From a virus, in the IMG/VR virus record IMGVR_UViG_3300043331_001419, positions 1 through 39,378 of that record: a stretch of DNA of 39,378 nt. One strand, given 5' to 3'. The notes under the pieces were generated by a model. It had not been told where the DNA came from. It saw only the letters and a list, made by a program, of their open reading frames with translations, and ran no database searches. Numbering within the stretch: the stretch's first letter is position 1; each line of letters begins with the position of its first letter. Below are positions 1 through 6,441 of this stretch, piece after piece. Made by a program: the position numbers and the translations under genes.

Positions 1-97
1 CCTCCGACCGCTCGTCGAAACTCGTCCGCGACCCCGCGTCGACGCCGCTCGTGCGCGGCGCGCTCCGTGTCGCTGACCTCCGGCATCGGCGGCGCCG
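1..97. repeat. Direct terminal repeat, copy 1 (identical to 39282..39378)
   Basis: Read directly: bases 1-97 (cctccgaccgctcgtcgaaactcg...cggcatcggcggcgccg) recur base for base at 39282-39378. The window therefore closes into a circle of 39281 unique bp. Confidence 0.97.
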
Positions 98-773
98 GCT
101 CCGGTCGCGCGCGCACCCCGACGACGGCGAGCCGCTGCGCGACCTCGTCGATCAGCGGCTTCACGTCCGGCCGGAACTCGCCGTCCGGCAGCGCCTTCAT
201 CGTGTCCGACGGCGGCACCTCGATCTCACGCGGCGCAGCGTCCGGCAGCTCGAGCGGCACCACGCGCGGCGCCAGGTGCGCTGTCCCGTGCTCGACGCAC
301 AGTGTCGCGGGCGTGTCCATCGGTGCGCCGCGATGCCGGTACGCGAGCCAGAACTCGATGAACGCCTTGCGTGCCGTCGCGATCTCGACGGATTCGATGC
401 CGCGGTAGCCGAGGTGGTACAGCGCGTGCCAGCCGCCCATCGCCGTCACGGCCGCGTGGATCACCGGGTCGCCGAACGTGATCGGCGTGTACCCGCCCCA
501 GCCGCCGAGCGCTGCGCGATGCACGCGCGACCACGCGAGCGCCGCCAGCTCCTCCTCGCTGCCCTCGATGCGCTCGACAAGCTCCGCGACGGTCGGGAAG
601 AACCGCAGCCGGTCCAACGCCTGCTCGCACGCGCGCTCCACCGCGGCCAGCGGAAAGCGTGACAACCGGTCGACGTAGATCGCCACGCGCTCGGGCGACA
701 GCGTCTCGCCGCGGGCTTCCGCGAGGCCGCGCACGAGTCGACCGATCGCGAGCGCTTCGGCGGGGGCGGCCAC
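1..773 (-). CDS. Replication-module protein spanning the circular junction (5-prime 773 nt; continues at 39281..39251); helicase-loader-like N-terminus (tentative)
   Basis: Absent from the ORF track because it runs off the window edge. The minus frame from GTG 773-771 is open to base 1 with G/C-rich third positions. Translation: VAAPAEALAIGRLVRGLAEARGETLSPERVAIYVDRLSRFPLAAVERACEQALDRLRFFPTVAELVERIEG... It joins in frame across the repeat to TGA 39253-39251 (267 codons). The RFFPTVAEL-type N-terminus recalls G39P-type phage helicase loaders, and it lies next to the replication gene. Confidence 0.75.
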   Translation of the reverse strand, partial: MAAPAEALAIGRLVRGLAEARGETLSPERVAIYVDRLSRFPLAAVERACEQALDRLRFFPTVAELVERIEGSEEELAALAWSRVHRAALGGWGGYTPITFGDPVIHAAVTAMGGWHALYHLGYRGIESVEIATARKAFIEFWLAYRHRGAPMDTPATLCVEHGTAHLAPRVVPLELPDAAPREIEVPPSDTMKALPDGEFRPDVKPLIDEVAQRLAVVGVRARPEPAPPMPEVSDTERAAHERRRRGVADEFRRAVG

Positions 774-776
774 GGC

Positions 777-1370
777 CTACGCGCCCCGCGCCGCGCGGCG
801 CCGCAACACCATCGCGACCCCCTCGCGCTCCGCGCGGTCGTTCTGCTCCCGGCGCTCGTCGATGATCGACCGGCGACGATGTGGGGGGGGAGGGGGGGCC
901 CCTTCTTCTTCTGTATGTACTGTAGGAGATGTAGGAGATGTAGGAATAGAAGGGTCCGTACGTACCGCGTTACCGGCTTGGTGTAACGGTGTACGTACGT
1001 CGTTACCGGGGGCCCCGGACCCGTTCGACTGCCGCGACGTCCGCCACGCGCGGACCCGCTGTTTACTGGCCTCTCGCTGCTCTCGGATCTCCTCCGCGGA
1101 GTCCTGGTAGTGGAGGAAGTCGTGCACGATCAGCGCACCGCGCTTGCGCTCCCACGACGTGCACTTGAGTAGCGCGGCGCGTGCGCGCGCGTAGCGGTTG
1201 CGGTGCAGGTGCGGTAGCAGTTGGCGTGCGACCTCCTCCGCGATGACGCCGTCCGTGTTGTGGATGCGGCAGTAGTCGACGCTTTTCACCCAGAGCCAGT
1301 TGGCGATTTCGTCGCACGCCAATCGCTTCGGATGACCGGAAAAACCGGGCTCGAAGTGCACCCAGGCCAT
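777..1370 (-). CDS. Putative replication initiator / replisome organiser (winged-helix N-terminal domain, low-complexity linker)
   Basis: ORF track 777..1376. ATG 1370 follows GAGGAG by 7 nt. N-terminus: MAWVHFEPGFSGHPKRLACDEIANWLWVKSVDYCRIHNTDGVIAEE. The linker (TSPTSPT, PPPPP) is encoded by the low-GC iteron region. Function is inferred from position and the internal ori-like repeats. Confidence 0.6.
   Translation of the reverse strand: MAWVHFEPGFSGHPKRLACDEIANWLWVKSVDYCRIHNTDGVIAEEVARQLLPHLHRNRYARARAALLKCTSWERKRGALIVHDFLHYQDSAEEIREQREASKQRVRAWRTSRQSNGSGAPGNDVRTPLHQAGNAVRTDPSIPTSPTSPTVHTEEEGAPPPPPHRRRSIIDERREQNDRAEREGVAMVLRRRAARGA
881..1010. repeat. Iteron cluster / putative origin of replication inside the replication gene
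   Basis: G8-A-G7 run 883-898, then C4 and (TTC)3 to 912. Three tandem 9-mers TGTAGGAGA/TGTAGGAGA/TGTAGGAAT lie at 922-948. GTACGTAC-N3-GTTACCGG occurs at 958-976 and again at 991-1009 (33-bp period), with a partial inverted GTAACGG at 983-989. This is the lowest-GC stretch I see in the genome. Confidence 0.55.
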
Positions 1371-1403
1371 GACCAAACTCCTCGGGGTTCGTTGCTCGTT
1401 GAC

Positions 1404-1595
1404 TCAGGAGGCCGCGCTCGGCCGGCCCTGGTGCTCGGCATGCCGCGTCCGACAGGTCGGGCACGCGAGGAAGTCCGACCGGTGCGACCAGTCGACGTGG
1501 TGCTCCCAGCAGGCGCGGCAGGTGTCGAGCGCGGCGACGATCGCCGCGGATTCGGTGGGGAAATGTGCTATCGTCAGGGCCTCAGGTTCGAGCAT
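1404..1595 (-). CDS. Small zinc-ribbon protein (CRAC...CPTC)
   Basis: ORF track 63 aa. ATG 1595 is preceded by GAAGGAGAACC. Carries two CxxC pairs. Confidence 0.7.
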   Translation of the reverse strand: MLEPEALTIAHFPTESAAIVAALDTCRACWEHHVDWSHRSDFLACPTCRTRHAEHQGRPSAAS

Positions 1596-1608
1596 CTCGG
1601 TTCTCCTT

Positions 1609-1633
1609 CGGCCGCCCCTGACCCGGGCGGCCG
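1609..1633 (-). terminator. GC-rich hairpin (9-bp stem CGGCCGCCC / GGGCGGCCG, 7-nt loop) between two early genes
   Basis: Read directly. It lies between the TAG at 1642-1644 and the SD of the 1404..1595 gene. There is no U-tract, so attenuator or RNA-processing roles are equally possible. Confidence 0.3.
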
Positions 1634-1641
1634 TCGCACGT

Positions 1642-1842
1642 CTAGGGGGTCGTCACCGCGCGCGCCAGCGCCCGGCGCAAGCGCGCGTCCTCTTCGGCCA
1701 CGAACAGCGCGACCCGGGTCCGCAGCAAGGGGCTGACGTGGCCGCGCTCGACGTCCTCGAGGAGCTGGCGCAGCATCGCCACCGCGCGGCCGAGGCGGAA
1801 CGCCACGCGCGCCTCGGCGGTCACGCGGCCGTCGGGGCTCAC
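1642..1842 (-). CDS. Hypothetical protein (66 aa)
   Basis: C-terminal part of ORF 1642..2079. GTG 1842 forms a GTGA overlap with the stop of the upstream gene. Sequence: VSPDGRVTAEARVAFRLGRAVAMLRQLLEDVERGH... Confidence 0.55.
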   Translation of the reverse strand: MSPDGRVTAEARVAFRLGRAVAMLRQLLEDVERGHVSPLLRTRVALFVAEEDARLRRALARAVTTP

Positions 1843-2105
1843 GGCGCGGGCTCGGCCTGCCGCATCTCGGCCACGCACGCCCGGTGCATCGGCTCGCCGA
1901 GGTCGTCCACCACGAGCGCCGGGCTGCGCAGCCCGCAGTAGGCGCACCGCGGCATGTCCGCATGCTCCTCGCACAGCAGCTCCGTGCCGTCGGCGTCGAG
2001 CGGGCAGTAGGTGCCGTCCTCGTCGCGCACGGGGCGCGTCGCGCAGCCGATCCGGGCCGGGCAGCCGGGCTCGCTGCACGCGTGGTGATGAGTCCAGGCG
2101 GTCAC
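1839..2105 (-). CDS. Cys/His-rich zinc-finger protein (88 aa)
   Basis: Tail of ORF 1839..2789. GTG 2105 forms a GTGA overlap with the recT stop. Sequence: VTAWTHHHACSEPGCPARIGC...PRCAYCGL...HRAC. Confidence 0.65.
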   Translation of the reverse strand: MTAWTHHHACSEPGCPARIGCATRPVRDEDGTYCPLDADGTELLCEEHADMPRCAYCGLRSPALVVDDLGEPMHRACVAEMRQAEPAP

Positions 2106-2956
2106 GAGGCGTTCTCGGTGTCGTCGTGCGGCGCGTCGCCGTGGCCGTTGCCTTGCCGCTGTTGCTCGAGCGTCTCCGTGAGCGCGCCGAGTCGGGACGA
2201 GGGATCGGTGTCGGGCGGCGGCGCCAGCTCGCCGAGGTTCTGCGGCATCTGGACCTCCGCCTGCTGATCGAGCGCGACCGCGGTGTGCAGCTCGATCGAC
2301 GCCGGCAGCAGCTTGCAGAGTCGCCGCAGCACGGTCTTCTTGCCCATCTCGTCGTACTCCGTGACCCACGGCCCTTCCTTGGCCGCGGCGGAGTACCGAT
2401 CGCGGTGCGCGTCGACCTCGCCCTTCGTCATCACGTCGAACTGCACGCCGCCGTCCTTGAGGCGCGCGACGGCGTAGAAGTGCGTGATCGGCTTCTTGAA
2501 CCGCTCGGCGTCCTCGCTCGGCGTGTGCGTCAGCTCGGGCTCGGTGCCGAAGCGATAGCGGAACGCGTCGCCGGCGCGGACCTCGTGCGCCATCACCGTC
2601 GACAGCTCGCCGGAGCGGCGCGCGAGGTCGACGAGGCCCTTGTAGCCGATGATGACCTGAACCTCGGTCGTCCCCGTCTTGCGGTTGCGGAACGGCACGA
2701 GGTAGATGCGGCCGAGCACGCCGGGCTCGAGGCCGAGCTGCGCGCACTGCACGATCGCCCCGAACAGCGACCGCCGGTCGCACTCCCACAGGCGCGGCGT
2801 CGTGTTGAACGCCGTGAACGCGGTGCGGATGAGCCGGTCGACCGAGAGGTGCCGCGGCAGCGCGGCGGCGATCTGCTGCTTGTGCTGGTCGAAGAACTCG
2901 CGCACGGTCGTGACGCGCTTCGCGAGCGACTGGATCTCCTGGGCCGTGGCCGCCAT
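2102..2956 (-). CDS. recT: RecT-family single-strand annealing recombinase
   Basis: MAATAQEIQSLAKR...GRIYLVPFRNRKTGTTEVQVIIGYKGLVDLARRSGEL...HFYAVARLKDGG...KKTVLRRLCKLLP. ATG 2956 overlaps the upstream TGA by 1 nt. Confidence 0.9.
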   Translation of the reverse strand: MAATAQEIQSLAKRVTTVREFFDQHKQQIAAALPRHLSVDRLIRTAFTAFNTTPRLWECDRRSLFGAIVQCAQLGLEPGVLGRIYLVPFRNRKTGTTEVQVIIGYKGLVDLARRSGELSTVMAHEVRAGDAFRYRFGTEPELTHTPSEDAERFKKPITHFYAVARLKDGGVQFDVMTKGEVDAHRDRYSAAAKEGPWVTEYDEMGKKTVLRRLCKLLPASIELHTAVALDQQAEVQMPQNLGELAPPPDTDPSSRLGALTETLEQQRQGNGHGDAPHDDTENAS

Positions 2957-3882
2957 CACTTCATCTCCTTCCGGCGGAGCGTGCGGGTGATCGTCGGTGC
3001 CACCGTGTAGCCCTTGCGCTCGCCCGTGATCCACGAATAGGTCACGCGAGTCGGGAGCACGCCCACCGCGGCCTCGCCGATCGCGGCCTTCATCCGGCTT
3101 TCGTTCTCGTCGCGGATCGCTTCCCATCGCTTCACTTCCTGCTTCGCGCGCTGAATCTGCTCGTCCCACTCGACCGCTTCGTCGGGGAGGTTCACGACGA
3201 GGCCCGGCGTCTCGCGCGGGTACAGCCGCCGCAGCAGCTCGCGGCACGCCTGCGAGGCGTCGACGGGCGGCGGCTCCTTCGCCGCGAGGCGCTCGAGGAA
3301 CGCGCGCTCCGTCTCGATGAGCACGGCGATGAACCGCTCGTCGCGCGGCACGTCGCACCACACGAACCGCTGCCCCGCGATGAGCACGCACACGCTCGCC
3401 CACGGCCAGCCGGTGACGGCGAGCTGGTGCTGGACCTGGACCTGGACGTGGAGCGGCGGCTCCTCCGCCCACTCGTCCGATTTCCACAGCCCGGTGGTCT
3501 TGACCTCGAGCGGCGCCGTGACGTCGGCCTCGTGGATCACGGCGTCGAGGCTCGCCACCATCCACGGGTAGGCGCGCGAGCGCCGCAGCGTGTACGCCGG
3601 CTCCTTCTCCGCGCGTCGGCCCGTCACGCGCCGGTACTTCTCGACGAGCAGGGGCTCCAGCAGCCGCCCCCACTCGACGCGCTCGAGGTCGACCACGCTC
3701 GGCTCGACGAGGCCGAGCTTCTCGGCGTACAGCTCGAGCGGTGACTTGTACGGCGACACGCCGAGCACCGCGGGCGCTTCGCTCGCGCCGATGCCCTGGC
3801 GCCGCGCCTCCAGCCAGTCGCGCTCGTCCGCGAGCTGGTCGGTGTCGCAGCACGGCTCGGTGACGGCCGGCAGCGTGCTCAT
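2956..3882 (-). CDS. YqaJ-type (lambda Exo-like, PD-(D/E)XK) recombination exonuclease
   Basis: MSTLPAVTEP...RRQGIGASEAPAVLGVSPYKSPLELYAEKLG...SLDAV...LEVKTT. Forms the classic exo-recT pair. ATG 3882 is in an ATGA overlap. Confidence 0.88.
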   Translation of the reverse strand: MSTLPAVTEPCCDTDQLADERDWLEARRQGIGASEAPAVLGVSPYKSPLELYAEKLGLVEPSVVDLERVEWGRLLEPLLVEKYRRVTGRRAEKEPAYTLRRSRAYPWMVASLDAVIHEADVTAPLEVKTTGLWKSDEWAEEPPLHVQVQVQHQLAVTGWPWASVCVLIAGQRFVWCDVPRDERFIAVLIETERAFLERLAAKEPPPVDASQACRELLRRLYPRETPGLVVNLPDEAVEWDEQIQRAKQEVKRWEAIRDENESRMKAAIGEAAVGVLPTRVTYSWITGERKGYTVAPTITRTLRRKEMK

Positions 3883-4169
3883 CGCGCGGCCTCGGCGGCG
3901 GCGGCGCGCCGCGGGTCGGTCACCCGCGCCTGCCAGCGCGCGGCGACGAGCACCAGCTCGTCGATGAGCCGCTCCAGGTCCTCCGGCGCGCGGAAGAACG
4001 CGATGGTCTGGACGGTGCGCCGCGCGTCGTGCGGGATGGCGAGCCAGCACGAGGTGTCCCCCAGGCCAGGCTCGAACCGCGCCTCGTGCACGTCGTACGT
4101 CGTGTGCGTGTACGGCTGGGCGGCCTTGTGTCCGTTCGTCGGTGTTGCTACGGTGGGCTCGTCGGTCAC
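3879..4169 (-). CDS. Hypothetical protein (96 aa)
   Basis: Tail of ORF 3879..4235. GTG 4169 follows GAGGGAGAG. Its stop overlaps the exonuclease ATG. Confidence 0.6.
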   Translation of the reverse strand: MTDEPTVATPTNGHKAAQPYTHTTYDVHEARFEPGLGDTSCWLAIPHDARRTVQTIAFFRAPEDLERLIDELVLVAARWQARVTDPRRAAAAEAAR

Positions 4170-4242
4170 GGTTGCTCTCCCTCGGTTGACTGCGGTGATC
4201 GGCCACGCCCGGGGCGTTCCAGCGCCGCCGGGCACTCCCTTG

Positions 4243-4356
4243 TCAGACGCCTCGCACCCACGCCCAGAGGCGTGTCCACCACCGCTCCGGCCGCGCCATC
4301 CGCCCCGCGAGGCAGCGGACGATCTCGTGCGACTCGATCCGGTAGACGCGGGTCAA
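4243..4356 (-). CDS. Possible 37-aa protein
   Basis: TTG 4356 forms a TTGA overlap with the stop of the 4353..4514 gene. Sequence: (M)TRVYRIESHEIVRCLAGRMARPERWWTRLWAWVRGV. Short and supported only by the coupling pattern. Confidence 0.3.
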   Translation of the reverse strand: MTRVYRIESHEIVRCLAGRMARPERWWTRLWAWVRGV

Positions 4357-4514
4357 CGCGTCTCCTGCTGCCACGCGGCGTATTCCTCGGCGCGCTCCTT
4401 GGCCCGCGGGCCGGAGAAGATCGCGACGTTCACCTCGCCGTCGCCGTCGTGGTTCGTGGCCTCGACGCGCCAGTGGCCCGGATGCTGTCGGTCCTCGACG
4501 ATCTCCCAATTCAC
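4353..4514 (-). CDS. Hypothetical protein (53 aa)
   Basis: GTG 4514 lies 6 nt after GGAAAGGAG. Sequence: VNWEIVEDRQHPGHWRVEATNHDGDGEVNVAIFSGPRAKERAEEYAAWQQETR. Confidence 0.6.
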   Translation of the reverse strand: MNWEIVEDRQHPGHWRVEATNHDGDGEVNVAIFSGPRAKERAEEYAAWQQETR

Positions 4515-4530
4515 AGCGGGCTCCTTTCCG

Positions 4531-4740
4531 TCAGAAGGGGACACGGCCGTCCTCGTCGGCGCCGCGCTGATCAGGGCACGCGCCGTCGTCACCGTGCTGC
4601 GCGAGCGGGAAGTGACACGACCAGCACAGATCCCACGCGCGGAACGCCCGGGCGTGCGGCGGGCCACAGAACTTGCCGGGGCCCATCGCGCCCCCGCTCC
4701 GGCGCGTCGCTTGCCACGCGCGCTGCACGCTGAGACTCAT
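4531..4740 (-). CDS. Small Cys-rich protein (69 aa)
   Basis: ATG 4740 is in an ATGA overlap. Sequence: MSLSVQRAWQATRR...FCGPPH...LCWSCHFPLAQHGDDGACPD. Confidence 0.6.
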   Translation of the reverse strand: MSLSVQRAWQATRRSGGAMGPGKFCGPPHARAFRAWDLCWSCHFPLAQHGDDGACPDQRGADEDGRVPF

Positions 4741-4925
4741 CGCGTGAACCACGCCGCCGCGCGATCCGCCGCGGCCCGCGTCCGGTGGTACTCGAACGCC
4801 GACGTCGCCATGACGGGGGTGCGCCACCGCACGACGTAGCGCCAGCCGCCGAGTCGTCGTGCGTACACGCGGGCGACTTCGGCGCGGCGCCCGGTCGCCG
4901 TCTCGACGCGGTAGAACGGGCTCAT
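4737..4925 (-). CDS. Hypothetical protein (62 aa)
   Basis: ATG 4925 is in an ATGA overlap. Sequence: MSPFYRVETATGRRAEVARVYARRLGGWRYVVRWRTPVMATSAFEYHRTRAAADRAAAWFTR. Confidence 0.6.
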   Translation of the reverse strand: MSPFYRVETATGRRAEVARVYARRLGGWRYVVRWRTPVMATSAFEYHRTRAAADRAAAWFTR

Positions 4926-5083
4926 CGCGCGTCCCGCTCGGCGCGCAGCTCGTGCGCGCGCTCGCGTTCCCACGCCTGGTGCTCGTCGGTCGCGCGGTGC
5001 GCGGCCATCGCCACGCGCGCGTCGACCGGGCTCACGTTCTCCGCGACGAAGGCGCCGCAGCCGCAGAACACGGTGCTGGTCAT
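4922..5083 (-). CDS. Hypothetical protein (53 aa), below ORF-track size cutoff
   Basis: Hand translation: MTSTVFCGCGAFVAENVSPVDARVAMAAHRATDEHQAWERERAHELRAERDAR. Third positions are G/C-rich and the stop is in an ATGA overlap with the next gene. Confidence 0.5.
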   Translation of the reverse strand: MTSTVFCGCGAFVAENVSPVDARVAMAAHRATDEHQAWERERAHELRAERDAR

Positions 5084-5196
5084 GCCGGCACTCGCCGCGC
5101 GAACCGCATGAAAACCGCCCGAACCGCACGCCCGGTCACGCCCTGCAACTTTTGCTTGCCGGCGCCCCGGGGGGCGCGCGTAGACTCAGGCCGAAT

Positions 5197-5214
5197 GGTC
5201 ACCAAACGGTCACC
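5197..5214. repeat. Two GGTCACC sites phased 11 bp apart (possible operator pair)
   Basis: GGTCACC at 5197-5203 and 5208-5214, just downstream of the Cro-like gene. It is the reverse complement of the pair at 5466-5483. Confidence 0.4.
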
Positions 5215-5219
5215 CCGGC

Positions 5220-5486
5220 TCATGCGTAGATCCGCCGTCGTGCGGGGAAGGCATCCGGCCCGCGGCGACCGAGCACCATCTCCACATACCGACGCGCAGA
5301 GGGGTAGCGGTAGGGACGTGTCACGGCCTTGACGATGAGCGACTTGGAGCAGCCGCGGTCGTCCGCGATCTGCTGCATGCTCGCCGGCCAGCCCCCCTCG
5401 ATCCGGTTCTTGCGCAGCACCGCGCGAATCTCCTTCGCCGTCATCGCCGGAAATCGCGGGTTTTCGGTGACCAGTCGGTGACCCAT
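5220..5486 (-). CDS. Cro-like / early-operon HTH regulator (88 aa)
   Basis: ORF track. First gene of the long minus-strand early operon and divergent from the plus-strand HTH gene. HTH-like segment: ASMQQIADDRGCSKSLIVKAV. Confidence 0.6.
   Translation of the reverse strand: MGHRLVTENPRFPAMTAKEIRAVLRKNRIEGGWPASMQQIADDRGCSKSLIVKAVTRPYRYPSARRYVEMVLGRRGPDAFPARRRIYA
5466..5483. repeat. Two GGTGACC sites phased 11 bp apart (possible operator pair)
   Basis: TCGGTGACC at 5464-5472 and 5475-5483, inside the first codons of the Cro-like gene. They overlap a possible -35 (GGTGAC 5477-5482) for rightward transcription. Confidence 0.4.
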
Positions 5487-5497
5487 CGCACGCCGAA

Positions 5498-5524
5498 CAT
5501 ATACCCGTCTCTGACGTGATGCAA
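5498..5524 (-). promoter_or_regulatory. Putative sigma70-type early (leftward) promoter
   Basis: On the minus strand: TTGCAT (5524-5519), 15-nt spacer, TATATG (5503-5498), about 12 nt upstream of ATG 5486. No SD is present, so the transcript is possibly near-leaderless. Confidence 0.4.
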
Positions 5525-5546
5525 GAGGATTCTGGCGTGACGTCAG
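5511..5546. promoter_or_regulatory. Inverted repeat CTGACGT-N22-ACGTCAG (includes palindrome TGACGTCA) across the divergent promoter region
   Basis: Read directly: CTGACGT 5511-5517, ACGTCAG 5540-5546, TGACGTCA 5538-5545. It brackets the leftward -35 and the SD/start of the rightward gene. Confidence 0.4.
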
Positions 5547-6181
5547 AGCGCACCGGCGGCGTGCCGCGCGGAGACCTTAAGCGCCTGTCAGATCGCGAGA
5601 TTCTCGACCTGGCGACTCAGCGATTCGGCGCCGACAAGGCGCTCGCCGCACGACTCGGGGTCACCAAGAACCTTGTCCACTCTTGGCGGTCCCGGGGGTT
5701 GTCTCGCGACGGTCGCTTGCGACTCGAACACGCCCTGGCGGCCGACGTCGCGCCGCCCGAGCCGGTGCAGCCCGAACCGCAAGTGGTCGCTGCTTTGCGG
5801 GAGGTCGTCGAGACGCTGCGCGCTATCCAGAGCGATCTCGTGGCGCTACGCGCGTCGATTGATGACGTGAAGGCCGCGCAAGCCGAGGGGGCCAAGCGTC
5901 TGCAACAGCTCGAGGCGCGCGTCGTGCTGTCGGAGGAGGCCGTGAAGCTCCAGTTCGCGCGCATGCGCGGCGACCGGCCGCTCACGCGCCACCCCGACGA
6001 CGACGGGATCGGCGTGCCGCTGCAGTTGTCGGGCAGCGCCAGCGAGATGGTGCGTCGGGCGGCCCGCGACCTGGTGGACCAGTACGTCGCCGCGGCGATG
6101 TCGGGGGGCGGGCCCGGCGCCGCCGAGGAAGAGCCCCGGCGCGCGGCGGCGAAGCGGCGGAAGGCGGCGCGCGACGTCTGA
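5537..6181 (+). CDS. Repressor-like HTH protein (Cro/YdaS-type HTH + Pro-rich linker + coiled coil; no peptidase domain)
   Basis: ORF track 5516..6181. I prefer GTG 5537, 7 nt after AAGAGGA (5523-5529). HTH: FGADKALAARLGVTKNLVHSWRSRGLS. The C-terminal half is heptad-like (LREVVETLRAIQSDLVALRASIDDVKAAQAEGAKRLQQLEARV). Confidence 0.7.
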   Translation: MTSERTGGVPRGDLKRLSDREILDLATQRFGADKALAARLGVTKNLVHSWRSRGLSRDGRLRLEHALAADVAPPEPVQPEPQVVAALREVVETLRAIQSDLVALRASIDDVKAAQAEGAKRLQQLEARVVLSEEAVKLQFARMRGDRPLTRHPDDDGIGVPLQLSGSASEMVRRAARDLVDQYVAAAMSGGGPGAAEEEPRRAAAKRRKAARDV

Positions 6182-6182
6182 G

Positions 6183-6344
6183 CCCCGCCGGCCGCCCGCG
6201 TGCGCGCAGTGCGGACGGAGCGACGTGCCCCTGTTCCCGGTCGTGTGGGAGCAGGACGGTCGGGAGGTGCACGGCTATCTGCTGTGCGCCGCGTGCGACG
6301 ACGCGGAGACGCGCGAGCTGGCGCGCGAGGCTGACGGCCGCTGA
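6183..6344 (+). CDS. Orphan zinc-ribbon coding segment without a canonical start
   Basis: Hand translation of frame 0: ...PRRPPACAQCGRSDVPLFPVVWEQDGREVHGYLLCAACDDAETRELAREADGR*. Third positions are almost all G/C. The first in-frame start is GTG 6225, after the first CxxC. The frame is +1 relative to the upstream gene, whose TGA is at 6179-6181. Confidence 0.35.
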   Translation, partial: PRRPPACAQCGRSDVPLFPVVWEQDGREVHGYLLCAACDDAETRELAREADGR

Positions 6345-6369
6345 CCGCGCCGGCGGGGTGTGGTAAAAG
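6341..6369 (+). promoter_or_regulatory. Possible internal promoter (CTGACC-17-TGgTAAAAG extended -10)
   Basis: CTGACC 6341-6346, TGG 6361-6363, TAAAAG 6364-6369, upstream of the 6442 gene. Weak match. Confidence 0.2.
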
Positions 6370-6441
6370 CGAGACAGCGCGTCCGCCCCGCCGCCGCCAC
6401 GTCGTGGGTCCGGTCGCCATTCCGATCGCAGGAGGCACGAC

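Noticed and set aside
1-97. Interpreting the 97-bp repeat as a genuine T7-style physical terminal repeat.
   Set aside because: The repeat lies within an ORF that is only complete when the ends are joined, and the genome is otherwise temperate. I cannot formally exclude it without read data, so it is also listed as a finding.
51-662. ORF-track entries 51..662 (+), 67..408 (+) and 226..630 (-) at the window start.
   Set aside because: Their composition is junk-like. The convincing frame is a minus-strand ORF from GTG 773 that runs off the window edge and closes across the terminal repeat.
922-948. Tandem 9-mers as a possible mini CRISPR array or simple satellite.
   Set aside because: There are only about 2.7 copies with no spacers, inside a coding linker. 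They are better explained as part of the iteron/ori cluster.
5516-5536. Using the ORF-track start (GTG 5516 / ATG 5519) for the repressor-like gene.
   Set aside because: GTG 5537 has a much better SD (AAGAGGA, 7-nt spacing), and the earlier starts fall within the promoter/operator DNA. The choice remains uncertain.
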